A stretch of DNA of 62,571 nucleotides, filler included, from Chiloscyllium plagiosum (GCF_004010195.1; 4 parts of one record of this genome joined end to end with filler, not necessarily neighbours in it), one strand, 5' to 3'. Shown: positions 47,666-60,904, counted from the first letter of the whole stretch. Program-made: numbers and translations. The notes: a model not told the origin generated them from the letters alone.

Positions 47666-50034
47666 TTAGGAATGTATATATATATTAATTATATATACAT
47701 TAAGTATTACTAAATGTCTGTTCCAATATAATAATATTCCATAAACATACCTTTGGCAAAGGCAAATTCAGAAAATAGATTTTCCAATTGAAATCTAGCA
47801 GTGGAAAGAGAATCCCAGCTTTTAGCTGTAGCAGAGGAATAAGGGCTTCCAGACCCAGCTTCAAGACCCCAGTAACTGCAGAAATCTAAAATTAAAAATC
47901 CTGGTTCAGTGGGAGCTTGACCCCACCCATTCAGGCTGCTTCTATTGTTTCAACTTTTAAAACACCACCCCAAGGCCTCAACAGCTGTATACTCTATTGG
48001 CTTTGAGTAGACCAATCAGCTCCCTGTCTCAACCTTTCTTCACAAAAAAAAACAGGTTAAGATACACCTCTTAAAGCCACAAGATCAAGTATTCTGTAAA
48101 GGAAAAGATTAATTAAAATAAATTTTAGGATGAATCAGCACAATATGATAAATTTTACATTATGTTTGAAAGTAAGATCGTTCAATCGGAATAAGGGAAA
48201 TTATGAAGGCACCAATTGGCCGAGGTGGATTGGGAAAACACATTAAAAGACAAGTCTGTACATAGGAAATGAAGACTCTTTATATAACTATTATGTCACT
48301 TACAGCAACTATACAATCGTCCACGTTGTAAGAACCCAAAAATGTCAGACAACCACAGATTACAATGTAAGTTCAGGGTTGTTTAAAGAGGGTCATAGTT
48401 ACTCCCACTGTTTACCCACACTTCACTGAATTTCTTAACTTTGACATTCAGAGCACTGGGCAGAAATCCCATCGCATTGACACCAACCTGCGGCCTTCGC
48501 CATGCTTTGTTTTAATTAAACAGTCGGATTAGCTGTTGGCCCATGCCCAACCGCGAGTCCTCTTTGCACTAATGTCGTTGGGCGGTCCCTACTTCACTAA
48601 TACGGGCCAAGAAGCCACATTACAACAGTTATTTGGCCACTCAATGTCTTGTAGCGCAGGCTGGATTTGCAGAGGTAAGAGTCAACATTTCCAGGGAGGC
48701 AATCCTTCCCCAACTCAGGCTGGAATGTCCAGTCCAATAATTCTGCCATTCATCTTCATCCTGACAGCATTCTGAAGGCTGTGGAAAGTATTGTGTGACC
48801 ATCCAGGACAAGCAGAAATTCAATGTACTTAATGGTGAAAAGTATTTTTTTGGCAATAAGCACTAATAGTGAAGAAGTATTCAATGCTGTAATGCCTTTC
48901 CCAATCCCCAACATTACAAATAAGGAGTGATTCTTAGTACATGGCATACTTCATACAGAAAGATGTTGTCCCCTACCTAAAAATGACGATTTGCAGACAC
49001 TGAGTATTCAGGCTCCCTCTCAGTTCCCTGCAGCCTACAGTCTGTGAAGAGTCAGCCACTGATAAGTTGCACTTTCAGCTCAGCTTTGCACCTCTTATCA
49101 TTAAGTGTTGGTCAGCTAACAGATCTGGCTATGCTCCATTGAGTTGTAAGAATGTCACTGAACATTTGAAATATGTGACAATGCTTTAATTGCCTGATAT
49201 TGTTATCTGTATAAAAGTGTGTGGAAACGTTTTCCACAAGTCTTATCCCTATCTTATCCGTTTTCACGTCAGGACAGAACTTCACTGCATCTACTGGACT
49301 AAATTCAATGACACCAAACATTATGTACAAGAAGTTATAGACCAGAAAAGTGATTGAACTCACTCAACTTCAGCCTACTATAAATACTGAAAACAAAATT
49401 AGACTGATGTCAAGCGAATAAAAATTTGCAGTTGACTAGTTTCTATCTGGCAATAGCTGTCAAATTTAGACTCCACTCACCCACAATTATTTTTGCGTCA
49501 TAATTTATCAAAGAAATGTTTTGATTTTAACCTTACATAGGAATCAGAGAAATGTAACAGTTCTGGAAGCCTTTTATGGCTGTAGAGCTCTCTGTGGAGA
49601 GACTCAACACCTGCCTATACTCTGTTTCCCCTCAAATGTTCATATTTAGGTAATTATCTAATTCTCGTTGGAAAGCCTTGATTGAATCTGCCTCCACTAC
49701 ATTTGCAAGCAATGCATTCCAGATCCTGACCACTCACTGTCTAAAAATAATTGTCCTCAAGGAACCTCTGGCTCTTTTGCGCATTATCTTAAATCATGTC
49801 ATCTTGTTCTTCACCCTCTTGCCAATGGAACAGCGTCTGTCTGTCTGTCCTGTACAAAACTTTCATGACTTTGAAATTGCCTTCCAACTCTCTGATCCAC
49901 GGTTAAAGTCTCTCCTCTCTGGAATGCTCACTAATCTTTTCTGCATCTTCTGCAGTGCTATCATGTGTTTGCTAAAGTGTGGTGCCCTGAATTGAACACT
50001 GTCCTTCAGTCAAGGCTGAACCAGTGTATGCTTA

Positions 50035-50557
50035 GATCAGATTAGATTCCCTATGTGTGGAAACAGGCCATTTGGCCCAACAAGTCCACCCACCCTCCGA
50101 AGAGTAACCCACCCAAACTCATTCCCCATATTTACCCCTGACTAATGCACCTAACACGATGGGCAATTTAGCATGGCCAATTCACCTGACCTGCACATCT
50201 TTGGATTGTGGGAGGAAATCGGAGCACCCGGAGGAAACCCACACAGACACGGGGAATGTGCAAACTCCACACAGTTAGTTGCCCGAGACTGGAATCGAAC
50301 CTGAGACCCTGGTGCATTGAGGCCACTAACCCACAGTGCCAGGGACCCAGGTTTGACTCCAGCCTCAGGCGATTGTCTGTGTGGAGTTTGCATATTCTCC
50401 CCGTACCTGCGTGGGTTTCCTCCGGGTGCTCCGGTTTCCTCCCACTGTCCAAAGATGTGCAGGTAAGGTGAATTGGCCGTGTTAAATTACCCGTAGTCTT
50501 CAGGGATGTGTAGGTTGGTTGCATTCGTCAGGGGTAAATGTAAGGGAATGGATCTGG
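50035..50557. mobile_element. Two HE1-like SINEs in head-to-head inverted orientation
   Basis: Minus copy at about 50035-50322, plus copy at about 50330-50557; both lack the extreme 5' end. Confidence 0.88.
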
Positions 50558-50657
50558 NNNNNNNNNNNNNNNNNNNNNNNNNNNNNNNNNNNNNNNNNNN
50601 NTTAATTAATTAANNNNNNNNNNNNNNNNNNNNNNNNNNNNNNNNNNNNNNNNNNNN
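50558..50657. other. Artificial contig spacer N44-TTAATTAATTAA-N44
   Basis: Identical linker at 50602-50613. Confidence 0.97.
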
Positions 50658-51335
50658 GTCCTTCTTGTACAGGTCACCTCTACCCCAAAAGAGATTTCAA
50701 TGATCCAATAATGTGAATCCTTCTCCCATACACCATCTCCTCAGCCATGCATTCATCTGCTCTATTCTGCCCTCACTAGCTCGTAGCACTGGGAGTAATC
50801 CAGATATTACTACCCTTGAGGACCTTTTTAAATTTCTGCCTAACTCTCTGTAATCTCCCTTTAGAATCTCAATCTTTTCCCTTCCAATGTCGTTGGTTCC
50901 AATGTGGACGATGACCTCCTGCTGGCCCCTCTCCCCCGTGAGAACATTCTACACCCTCTCTGAGACATCCTTGATCCTGGCACCAGGGAAACAACACACC
51001 ATTCTGCTTTTTCTCTGCTGGCCACAGAAACGTCTGTCTGTACCTCTGACTACAGAATCCCCTAACACAATTGATCTCTTGGAAGCCGACGTACCCCTTG
51101 TTGAATTACGGCCAGTCTCAATACCAGTAACTTGGCTTTTCGTGCTGCGTTCCCCTGAGAATCCATCACCCCCTACGTTTTCCAAAACAGCATACCTGTT
51201 TGAAATGGGTATATCCACAAAAGACTCCTGCCCTTGGTGCTGACTTCTCTCACCCTTTTCTGGAGTTAACCAATCTATGTGACTGTATCTGAGACTTTCC
51301 CCCCTTCCTATAACTACCATCCATCACATACTCTT
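50658..51335 (-). mobile_element. CR1 ORF1 esterase fragment
   Basis: IPISNRYAVL...IVLGDSVVRGTDRRFCG..VCCFPGARIKDVSER. Confidence 0.9.
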
Positions 51336-53489
51336 TTGGAAATCTGAAGCACAAAAGGACTTAGGCGTTCTAGTTCAGGATTCTCTTCAGGTTAACATGC
51401 AGGTTCAGTCAGCAGTAGGAAAGTAAATGCTAGCATTCATTGTTAGTATTCATTTCAAGGGGACTAGACTACAAGAGCAAGGATGTACCACTGAGGTTGT
51501 ATAGGGTTCTGGTCATTTGGGATATTGTGAGCAGTTTTGAAACTTGCAGAATGTTGAGTGGCCTGGATAGAGTGGATGTGTTTCAAAGACCAAGGCAGTG
51601 GATCAAAGGTTCCAGAAAGAAGGCAGGAGGATGGGATTGAGAAACATATCAGCCATAATTGAATGGCAGTGCAGACTCGAGCCGTGGTGCCTAATTCCTC
51701 ACCTAGATCTTATGGTCTTATGAGCGTTGGGGAAGCAGAAGAGACCAGGATAGGAGGAACGTAGAGATCTCAAGGGATTTTTTAGGGTAGGGAGATTCTA
51801 GGAATGAATGTTCTTTTGTTGTTTCTGGATTAGGAGCCATTGTAGCACAAATGAAATATATAGGAGTGATGGGCAAACAGGAACTGGTGCAAGTTAGAAA
51901 ATGGTGGGAACGAGTTTGTATAATTCATGTTAGAAAAACAATGTTGCGGCTGAGACAGTAAACAGAAGTAGACTGGGACAAAATGTATGACATTGTTGTG
52001 GAATAGATATATAACTAGGAAATTAATTTTCATACAGACAAGTGTGTTTGGAGAAATGAGAATTTTCTGTGCAGAAAACATCTAAATGAGGCAAGGTAGA
52101 CGAATGATTCTATTTTTATTTTATAAGCTCAAACAACTGATTGGGATTGATTTCTAGAATTGAGAAGCAGGTTATGTTAAATTTGGATAGAATATTTCTT
52201 AAACTATGTCTGGATTACTTTTATTTATCATTCATGGTGTTTGAGTGTCACTGGCTACACTATTTATTGCCCATTTCTAACTGTCCTGGGAAAAGTGGCG
52301 ATGAGCTGCCTTCCTGAATTACTGCAGTCCTTGAAGGTGTAGGGACACCCACACTGCTGTGAAGGCATTCCAGGATTTTCCCAAAAACTGAAGATTCTGG
52401 TCTTGTGGGGAAAAAAGAATATGTCAGAACTGGAGAAAGTCTGTAAATGACTTATGGAATTATACCAGAACTGAGAAGTTACCTTATAATCATGGAATGG
52501 TTTCAGCAGAAGAATGCATTTGGCCCGTTGTGTATGTTGGTCTTTGAGTAATTTACCTAGTGCCACCCCCTTGACTTTTCTCTGTGGCTCTGAGAATTTT
52601 CTTTTTGCAGATAATGAGCTAACCCTCTTTTGAAAAGTCTCCAATGATCCCACCTGCATCCCACACTCCGGCAATGAATTTCAGATGCTAACCACTTATT
52701 GCGTTAAAAAGTTTTCCTCCTGTCACTTTTGCTACATTTGTCATTTTGTCTTAAATCTATGTACTCTTGTTCTCAATAGTTTCATCACTGGGAACAATGT
52801 CTGTCTCTTTACTTTGTTCAGAAACTTCCTGATTTTCAAACATTTGATTGAACTTCTCCAGTCCTTCTCTACACCCGAAGCTCCTCATCCCTGGAACTAT
52901 ATTCATGAATCTTTCTGTACCCTCTCTAATGCCTTCTAAAATGTGGTGCCCAGAATAGGTCGTAGTATTCCCGTTAAGACCAAAGTAGTGTTTATAACCA
53001 GAAAAGATAAAGATACTTTTTTTTAGAAAACTGAAGCTTGATAAACCCAGAACTGCAGATGTTAGAAATCTGAAACAGTGGGCTGGAGAAAGACAGTAGG
53101 TTTGGCAGCATCTTTAGCGAGAAAAACAGTTAACATTTCAAGTTCCGTGACCCTTTGTTAGAAGTCAAGAGTTGATCTGACTAAAGGCTTTATAATTATG
53201 AAAGGATTTGATAGGGTTAAGCACAGAGGTCGTTAGACTTGCATATGACATAAATATTATTTTTACTGGCAAATTTTGGGGGAACATCTTTATTCAGAGA
53301 GTGAAATGTGGAATGCGTAATCACAAGTGATTATGGTAACTAGCATAGATGCATTTAAGAGGAAGTTAAATAAGAGTGAGAAAAGAATAGAACCATATAT
53401 TGATATTAAATGAAGGGTGGGAAGAAGATAGTATGAGGCATAAACACTGCCAAGGACATGCTGGTCCAACTGACTGTGTCTGTTTTGTA

Positions 53490-53990
53490 CATTCTACGTA
53501 ATGTAAGGGAAGGTACGAAATAGAGGTCAGCCAGGATAGCATGGGAATAATCAAGTCTTGGTAAGAAAGATATGGGTAAGCAATAAAGCGTCCAGTTAGC
53601 TGAAGCAGGACAGGGGCGGTAATGTTGTTGTGGTTAGAAGTTGGTGCTTTTGGGGAGGGAGAAAATATGACATTCAAAGGTCAGATCCAGATCTAGGTCA
53701 AATAGGACTTCATCTTTTCGAACTGTCCTGTTCAGTGTTAGACAGTGGCTACAGTAAGAATGGGAGTTGGTGCAAGGATATAGAGTTTGTGGCAGGACCA
53801 AAGCTAATGGTTTTGAGCTTCCCTGTATTTAATTTTTACTCGTGGATATAGCATTTCATATAAGTAGCAGAAGGGATAAGATGTAATAGTAAGGTAGATC
53901 GCAGACCACCACCATATGTGTGAAACCTGATGTGTTTTCGAACGATATTGCTCAGGGGAAGAATATAGATCAGGTATAAGAGGGACCACC
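53490..53990 (-). mobile_element. Decayed L2 LINE RT fragment
   Basis: LLYLIYILPLSNIVRKHIRFHTY... followed by a *LNTGKLKTISFG-like segment. Confidence 0.6.
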
Positions 53991-54041
53991 GATCACGAGA
54001 GACTTCAGAGATATTAGACCAGAAAGAAAAACCATTACAAG

Positions 54042-54415
54042 GTTGTGTAAAGATTTGTAGCTTGGGTGCTGGTTGTTGTGGTTGTGGGTATGTTTGCCGA
54101 GCTGGGAAGTTGACTTGCAGATGTTTTGTCCCCTGTCTAGGTGACATCTTCAGTGCTTTGGAGCCTCCTGTGAAGCGCTGCTGTACTGTGTCTGCTGGAG
54201 TTTATTTAGTTCCGTTTTGCTGCTTTTGGTTACTCGGTGTAGTGGCCGGTATATTGGGTCTAGGTCAATGTGTTTGTTGATAGAATCCCAGGCTGAGTGC
54301 CATGCTTCTCAAATTTCTCTGTCTGTCCTATGTTGAGTGTGTCTTATGATTGTTGTGTTGTTCCAGTCAAATTTGTGGTCCTTGTCACCTGTATGTGTGG
54401 CTACGAGGGACAGTT
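54042..54415 (-). mobile_element. PLE 3' end (diverged family A)
   Basis: Homologous to 1911-2271; the hammerhead GAAA box is mutated (about 54118-54157). Confidence 0.8.
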
Positions 54416-57400
54416 GGAAGAGGACATAATCGCTTTAGCAGAACAAAATGAAAAGGAAGATTTTGAACTTTAGAAATTGACACGTAGACAGGAAGTTGCC
54501 TTAAAAGGATGGAGGTGATGGTGGAAGGTATGCTTACTGAGGAAGATAGGGAGCAAACCCATCATAGCCAAAGGCCTGGTGGGGATCTGTTAAATTTATC
54601 CAAGTGTTGCCTGAATTTGAGGATGTAGAAGCCTTTTTCATCCTGTTTGAAGTGGCTAGTGACTATATGAGTTTTGTTGATCCAGACAAAGCTGGTAGGT
54701 AGAGCGAGTGAGGTATTTGCATCACCATCGGAGGAGATATCTGGGGAGTATGAGGAGGTGAAGAAAGCCATCTTAAGTGCATATGAGCTTGTGCAGGAGC
54801 GTACAGATAACGTTTCAAGAATCTAAGGAGGTCAAATACACATTGAGTTTGAAAGGATCAAACAAAGTAATTTTGATAGGTAGATAAGGGCATTAAAAAT
54901 AGTGCATGCATATGACGCTCTGAGAGAGATGATTGTTTTGGAGGAGTTCCAGAATACATTTCCTGAAGTAGTGAGAACTCGTGTGGCACAGCAGAGAGTT
55001 AAAATGGCAAGATTAGTAGCTGAAATGGCTGATAATTATGAGTCGGTTCATAAATCAAAGTTTGGCTTCTAACATCAATTTCAATCGGTGAGGGATAGAA
55101 ATTGGGGCAAAGAAAAATCCTCATGTGGAAAGGGAAAGGTGGATCTCAGTGAAGTTCACAAGGATAACTTACCACAGGGCAAAAAGGAAACCCTTGAAGG
55201 GGAAAAAAGATTTTAAAAAGCTCCACTGTTTTCACTTCAGTAAAGTAGGCCACATGAAATCAGTGATGGTGGGTTAGAGAAAGCACTGGGAAGATGAATG
55301 TAGGAAAACAGGATAAGCCAGCGAATTTTGTTGGAGTGGTAAAAGAAAGCACATTGGAGGCTAAAAAGCTGCACCAGAATGTACACCTGGTCGGATGTTG
55401 GTTAAGGAGGAAGTACCAGGTCATCTTCACCTTACCTTTGCATAGGTTTTACTTGCATAGGCCAGGAGCAGCAGGTAAAGAGGTTACAGTATTAAGAGAT
55501 ACGGGATCATGTCAATCTTTGACGTTCTGGACGATGACGAGATATGTAACTCAGAAGGACTACTGCCAGAAAAAGTGCTAGTACGTGGAATTCGCGATGA
55601 GACAAGAAGCGCTCAGATATGTAGAGTGAGATTGGAGAGTTGGTGGAGAAGTGGTGATTGAAATATTGGAAGAACTCTTGGTTCCAGCAATACAATTTGT
55701 CCCTGCTAACAATATAGTTGGGTTACAGGTGGGAGTTCTGCCTACTGTGGTTGAAAAGCCAGTGGAAAATCAGGCAACTGAGGTATTACAGGAATGATAT
55801 CCTGGGGTTTTTCCTGACTGTGATAACAAGGTCAGAAAACCTCTAGTTGAAGTAGGAGGAAAAATCAAAGAATACAGATACGAACATTGAGGTAGAATTG
55901 TCAGAGACCATATTTAATCAAGTGATTAAGACAAAGCAGAATAAGTGGAGGACAACGTGGATATCTTCAGCTCAGATAAATTAACTGAGTTACAACAGAG
56001 AGATGAAAAACTGAAGCAGTTGTATCAGAAAGCACACACAGAAGAATCTGAGTGTTACTTTGTTAAAAATAATGTCTTAAATAGGAAATGGAAACCATCA
56101 CATAATCAGGCAGATGAGAAATGGGCAGAAGTTCATCACATCATATTGCCAGTGGGTTATAGAAAGCAAGAGTTGCGGGTAGCACGTGAATTTGTAGTAG
56201 GTCATTCAGGGGTGAGAAAAATTCAGGCTAAAATGCAAAAACATTTTATGCATAAGAATATAGCTGAATTTTGCCAGTCATGTCATGTGTCAGGTAATAA
56301 TAAAACCTACACCTTAATACCCATCCCTTACAAGGGTCTTAATGGATTGCATAGGACCCCTACCCAAAACAAAAACTGGGAATCAGTATTTGCCAACAAT
56401 AATGGATATGTCCACTAGATTTGCTGAGGCCATTCCATCATGCAATATCACCGCTAAAATTATTGTAGAAGAGTTACTCAAATTTTTCACTAGAATGGAC
56501 TACCCCCAGAGATACAATCAGAATAAGGATCAAATTTTATATCAAAATTATTCAAGGAAGTTGTGGACAGCTCAGGAATAAAATGATTCAAATTCACTGC
56601 ATACCAGCCAGAACCGCAGGGAATACTAGAAAAGCAGCTGGCCTTCAAGACCATGTTATGGGCTTCTAGTCAAGACTATCCAGATGATTGGGGTAAAGGA
56701 ATTCCATTTGTACTTTTTGACATTAAAGATGCAGCAAATGAAGCAACCACCTTCAGTCCATTTGAATTAGTTTTTGGGCGAGAAGTGAGAGGGCTGCTAA
56801 GGAGAAATTGCTAAGTCAAAATTCAGAGCCCACATTTGGACTGTGTGTCAAATTTTAGGGAATGGTTAAATAGAGCAGGGGGTTTGGCTATACACCCTTT
56901 AAAAATATCGCAGTATGCCATGAAATAGGAAGCAGACAAAATATCAGAAGCTTGCAATTTTACTGTTAATGTTACTCCAGTGATAGGTGAATCTTTTAAA
57001 AGCAAGGTTTGGTGGACCTTGTTAAGTTGAAAGGAGATTGAGTGAGGTGAACTGTCTGATAAGGACTCCAAACAGAGAAATCTCCCGAGTGTGTCATATA
57101 AATATGCTCAAAGGTATTTTGATAGGGAAGGAAAGCAAAAGGAGAAATGTGTTACTGGTTACAACATAAAGTGAAGAACCAAGTTCAGAGGATTCCGAAT
57201 TAGAGATTCCTCAAATTAAATTGGACAATAAGGAAGTTGTTAAAAAATGGGATAGATTATTGAGTTACCTTCCAGAGGAAAATCAAAATGACCTGAAAGA
57301 GTTATTGCCAATTCATGAAGAGATATGTGGAAGTAAGCTGGGAAGTACTAACCTAATTATGCATGATGTGGATATAGGAAATGCTGTTCCAGTTAAGCAA

Positions 57401-57444
57401 CATTCTTCTAGGCTTAACCCTCAAGTTGGCATAGGTTCAAAAAG

Positions 57445-57639
57445 CTTAAAAATGTGTTGCTGGAAAAGCACAGCAGGTCAGGCAGCATCAAAGGAACAGG
57501 AGAATCGACGTTTCGGGCATAAGGGCTTATGCCTGAAACGTCGATTCTCCTGTTCCTTTGATGCTGCCTGACCTGCTGAGCTTTTCCAGCAACACATTTT
57601 TAAGCTCTGATCTCCAGCATCTGCAGTCCTCACTTTCTC
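57445..57639. mobile_element. Fold-back PLE mini-element (family C) inserted into gypsy pol, 15-bp TSD
   Basis: 81-nt arms at 57443-57523 and 57526-57606 with a GG loop; TSD cataggttcaaaaag at 57430-57444 and 57640-57654. Confidence 0.92.
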
Positions 57640-58969
57640 CATAGGTTCAAAAAGAGATTGAATGCATGCTCCAAGATGACATAATTGAAGTGAGTTGTAG
57701 TGACTGGCACTCACCCATAGTCATGTGCCAAAACCAGCTGGTACCTGATGGTTCATGTGCAGACTGTTGCAAAGTCAGTGCAGTTGCAAAGTCTGATTCA
57801 TATCCAATTCCACATTTGGAAGACTATTGAAAAAGTGAGACAAGCAACTTACATTTCTAAGTTGGACTTAGTCAAAGGATACTGGCAGATACCTTTTATC
57901 TGAAAGAGAGAACATAATTTTAGGTTTTGTGATGCCAAATGGACTGTATCAATTTAAAGTCATGCCATTTGGTATGAAACATGTGTCAGCCACATTTCCT
58001 TTCTGGATTACCCAATTGTGTGATATATATCGATGACCTGGTGACTTTTCGTCTCATATGGAAGGAATGTTTGCAACATTTATCCAAGTTATTTGATTGA
58101 CTTTCAGGAGGCAGGCTTAGTGATAAGCCTGGCGAAGAGTGAATTTGCCAAAGCCCAAATCACATTCCTGGGCCATGTTATCAGACATGGACAAATGGCC
58201 CCACAAAACATAAAGACAATGGTTATTGGGGAGTTTCCTCTACCATTGACCAAGAGAGCAGTTCTATGGTTCCTGGGATTGAGTGGGTTTTGTTGAAAAT
58301 TCATATCAAATTTTAGCAGTGTGGCTGCTTCCCTCACTGAATTGTTGAAGAAAAGCAGCTTATCATAAGGCATTTGACAGCCTGAAAGCTGTGTTAACCA
58401 CTGCCCCAGTATTAGCCATACCTAATTATGCAAAGCCATTGAAGGTGGCTATCGATGAGAGAGATGTGGGTGTCGGTACTATACTGTTACAAGACAACGA
58501 CGAGAGGATAGAAAGACCTATTGGATATTTCTCTAGGAAGTTAAGCATTCATCATCAGAAATGTTCAACAATTGAAAAGGAGACTTTGATCTTACAACAC
58601 CTCAACATATATGTTGCCAGTAATGTGTCTAAGACAATCATCTATACTGATTATTACCCATGAAGGATTTTGGAGGAATTTAAGGACACAAATTCCAGTG
58701 TATTTAGATGGAACTTATTACTGTAGCCATTGAATTTTAAAATTGTACACATGGCAGGGTGAGAAAACGTGATCGCCAAAGCATTATCAGGACTTGGATA
58801 AAAATCTGAGGCGTTTGGTGGCAGAAATAAACAGCCTTAAATAGAATGTAGTAGTGCATGTTTACATGGTTATAGTCAATGTCATTTGCATGTATTTTAG
58901 TGTACTAACTGAGTAAGAGTAAGGGGTTGTAAAATGAAGCCATCTCTGTATATTTTAAGGGGGGAGGTA

Positions 58970-59534
58970 TGACAATGCTGCCCCTTTAATAAGGTTATTT
59001 TGTCCATTTTTTTTTCAAGAGGGGTCATAAAGGCAAAGGTGCTGATATGTCTGGAAGTGGCTACTTTAAACAATGGCAGGGGAGTGGCCAGTTCTCAAGT
59101 TTGGTTTAGTTTCAGCAGGCAGAAATTGCTGGTAGCAGAGAAACTTTTACTGTGGAAAAAAGGTTCCATGCTTCAACAGATGTTTCTTGCCTGACTCTTT
59201 TTTTTTTTTCTCTGTGCAATCTCTCCTGTTTTTAAGAATCTGAGTTTGTCAAGGGGTGTGTCTTTGGGTTGTTGTGGGTATTGGAACAGCAATTCTGCAA
59301 TTTAAGTTGCAATTTTGTGTTGGTTGGATTTTGGAACAGTGGGGTTATTCTAAATTCTGTTTTCTTTTGTTCGTGTTTCAACTGTGGTGTGTAAATAAAT
59401 TCTGATATGCTTAAAGCTGAGTGATTTCACCAGCTACATCACTCCTGGAATATCCACTTTACATCTGCTTTTAAAATAAGAGAAGTTAGGGTCTGGGCTA
59501 CTTCTGAAAGTGTTCTGAGGTTTGGTCCATAACA
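58970..59534 (+). repeat. 3' LTR of the Gmr1-like element
   Basis: Polypurine tract aagggggggagg directly before TG at 58970; ends ...ccataaCA at 59534; AATAAA at 59394. Confidence 0.72.
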
Positions 59535-59635
59535 AAGAGAATACCCAGAGAAGGATTCACAGATCACATGGAGCAAGTATGAATTTTCTTTGATGTGTAT
59601 TTTAGAATTTCAACATTCAAACTTGTGCCGGCTGA

Positions 59636-59863
<228 letters not shown>

Positions 59864-60359
59864 TGATTCAATATTTTGAGTTGATTTATCTCCTGTGTTG
59901 GTCTTAGACTGAACATGTGTATATTCCATTAAATGTAGCTGAATTCTCTCTCTACATTTTCCTATGAAACCTCAATTATCAATAATAACTTCAAATGATG
60001 TTTGCAAGTAATCTACATATCCTTACACTTGAACTATGAAATAAAGTGTACTAGTATTTATTCCTTGGCAAAAAATATATGTTTTTGAACTTTGTATTGA
60101 TACTACGTAAAGCTGATCAAGTTTATTTGATTATCTTTTTCAATCCTGTTTTATTTTAAATTTTGAAGAAAGCTTACCGTCTTAATTCAGAAAACGTCCA
60201 TTGTAGCAAACTGTAGTTCAAATTATGAATTAGATAACGAAAGAACTGCTTTTAAAATCGAAGAGGAAGCATTTATTTAGATGTGAACAGTATTTTGTGG
60301 ACTCAAACGTATCCCCATTCAGTTAATTTTTTTTTCTCTTCATTATTATCACATTATAA

Positions 60360-60524
<165 letters not shown>

Positions 60525-60751
60525 TAAGGTTTTTTTAAATTTAAAAAAAAAAATCCTCCTTTCATATTACTGGCTAATCATTAAATATGTCTGTCATAAA
60601 TATTGGGAACCAACTGAATTATTTTGTATTTTGCCAAATAGGAATACTACAATCCTGCAAATCAAGACGTTAACGTTTTCGATACCTACTGCAGAATCGG
60701 AGTCGAGTTTGTTAGTTAGCTTATTAGTCAGACAGCATACTGTGTTTTTAA

Positions 60752-60904
<153 letters not shown>

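Larger units (their letters stand above)
54440..59534 (+). mobile_element. Decayed Gmr1-like Ty3/gypsy LTR retrotransposon (gag-PR-IN-RT-RH order)
   Basis: gag (YEEVKKAILSAYEL; SCAN-like LREMIVLEEF), protease VLRDTGS at about 55490, integrase (DCIGPLPKTKTGNQY..MDMSTRFAEAIP) at about 56340, RT (KLDLVKGYWQIP; FKVMPFGMK; YIDDL) at about 57860-58040, RNase H (APVLAIPNYAKP..AID..VGVG) at about 58390. Many stops and frameshifts; no 5' LTR seen. Confidence 0.9.

Noticed and set aside
49112..49363. 83-aa minus-strand ORF in unique DNA
   Set aside because: No recognisable homology and no convincing splice sites.
16285..57640. Recurrent ~80-bp repeat (aaaatgtgttgctggaaaag...) as a CRISPR-like array or MITE
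   Set aside because: Dispersed with no regular spacers, attached to PLE coding sequence at 18965-19470 and 33649-34200, and has long TSDs without true TIRs.
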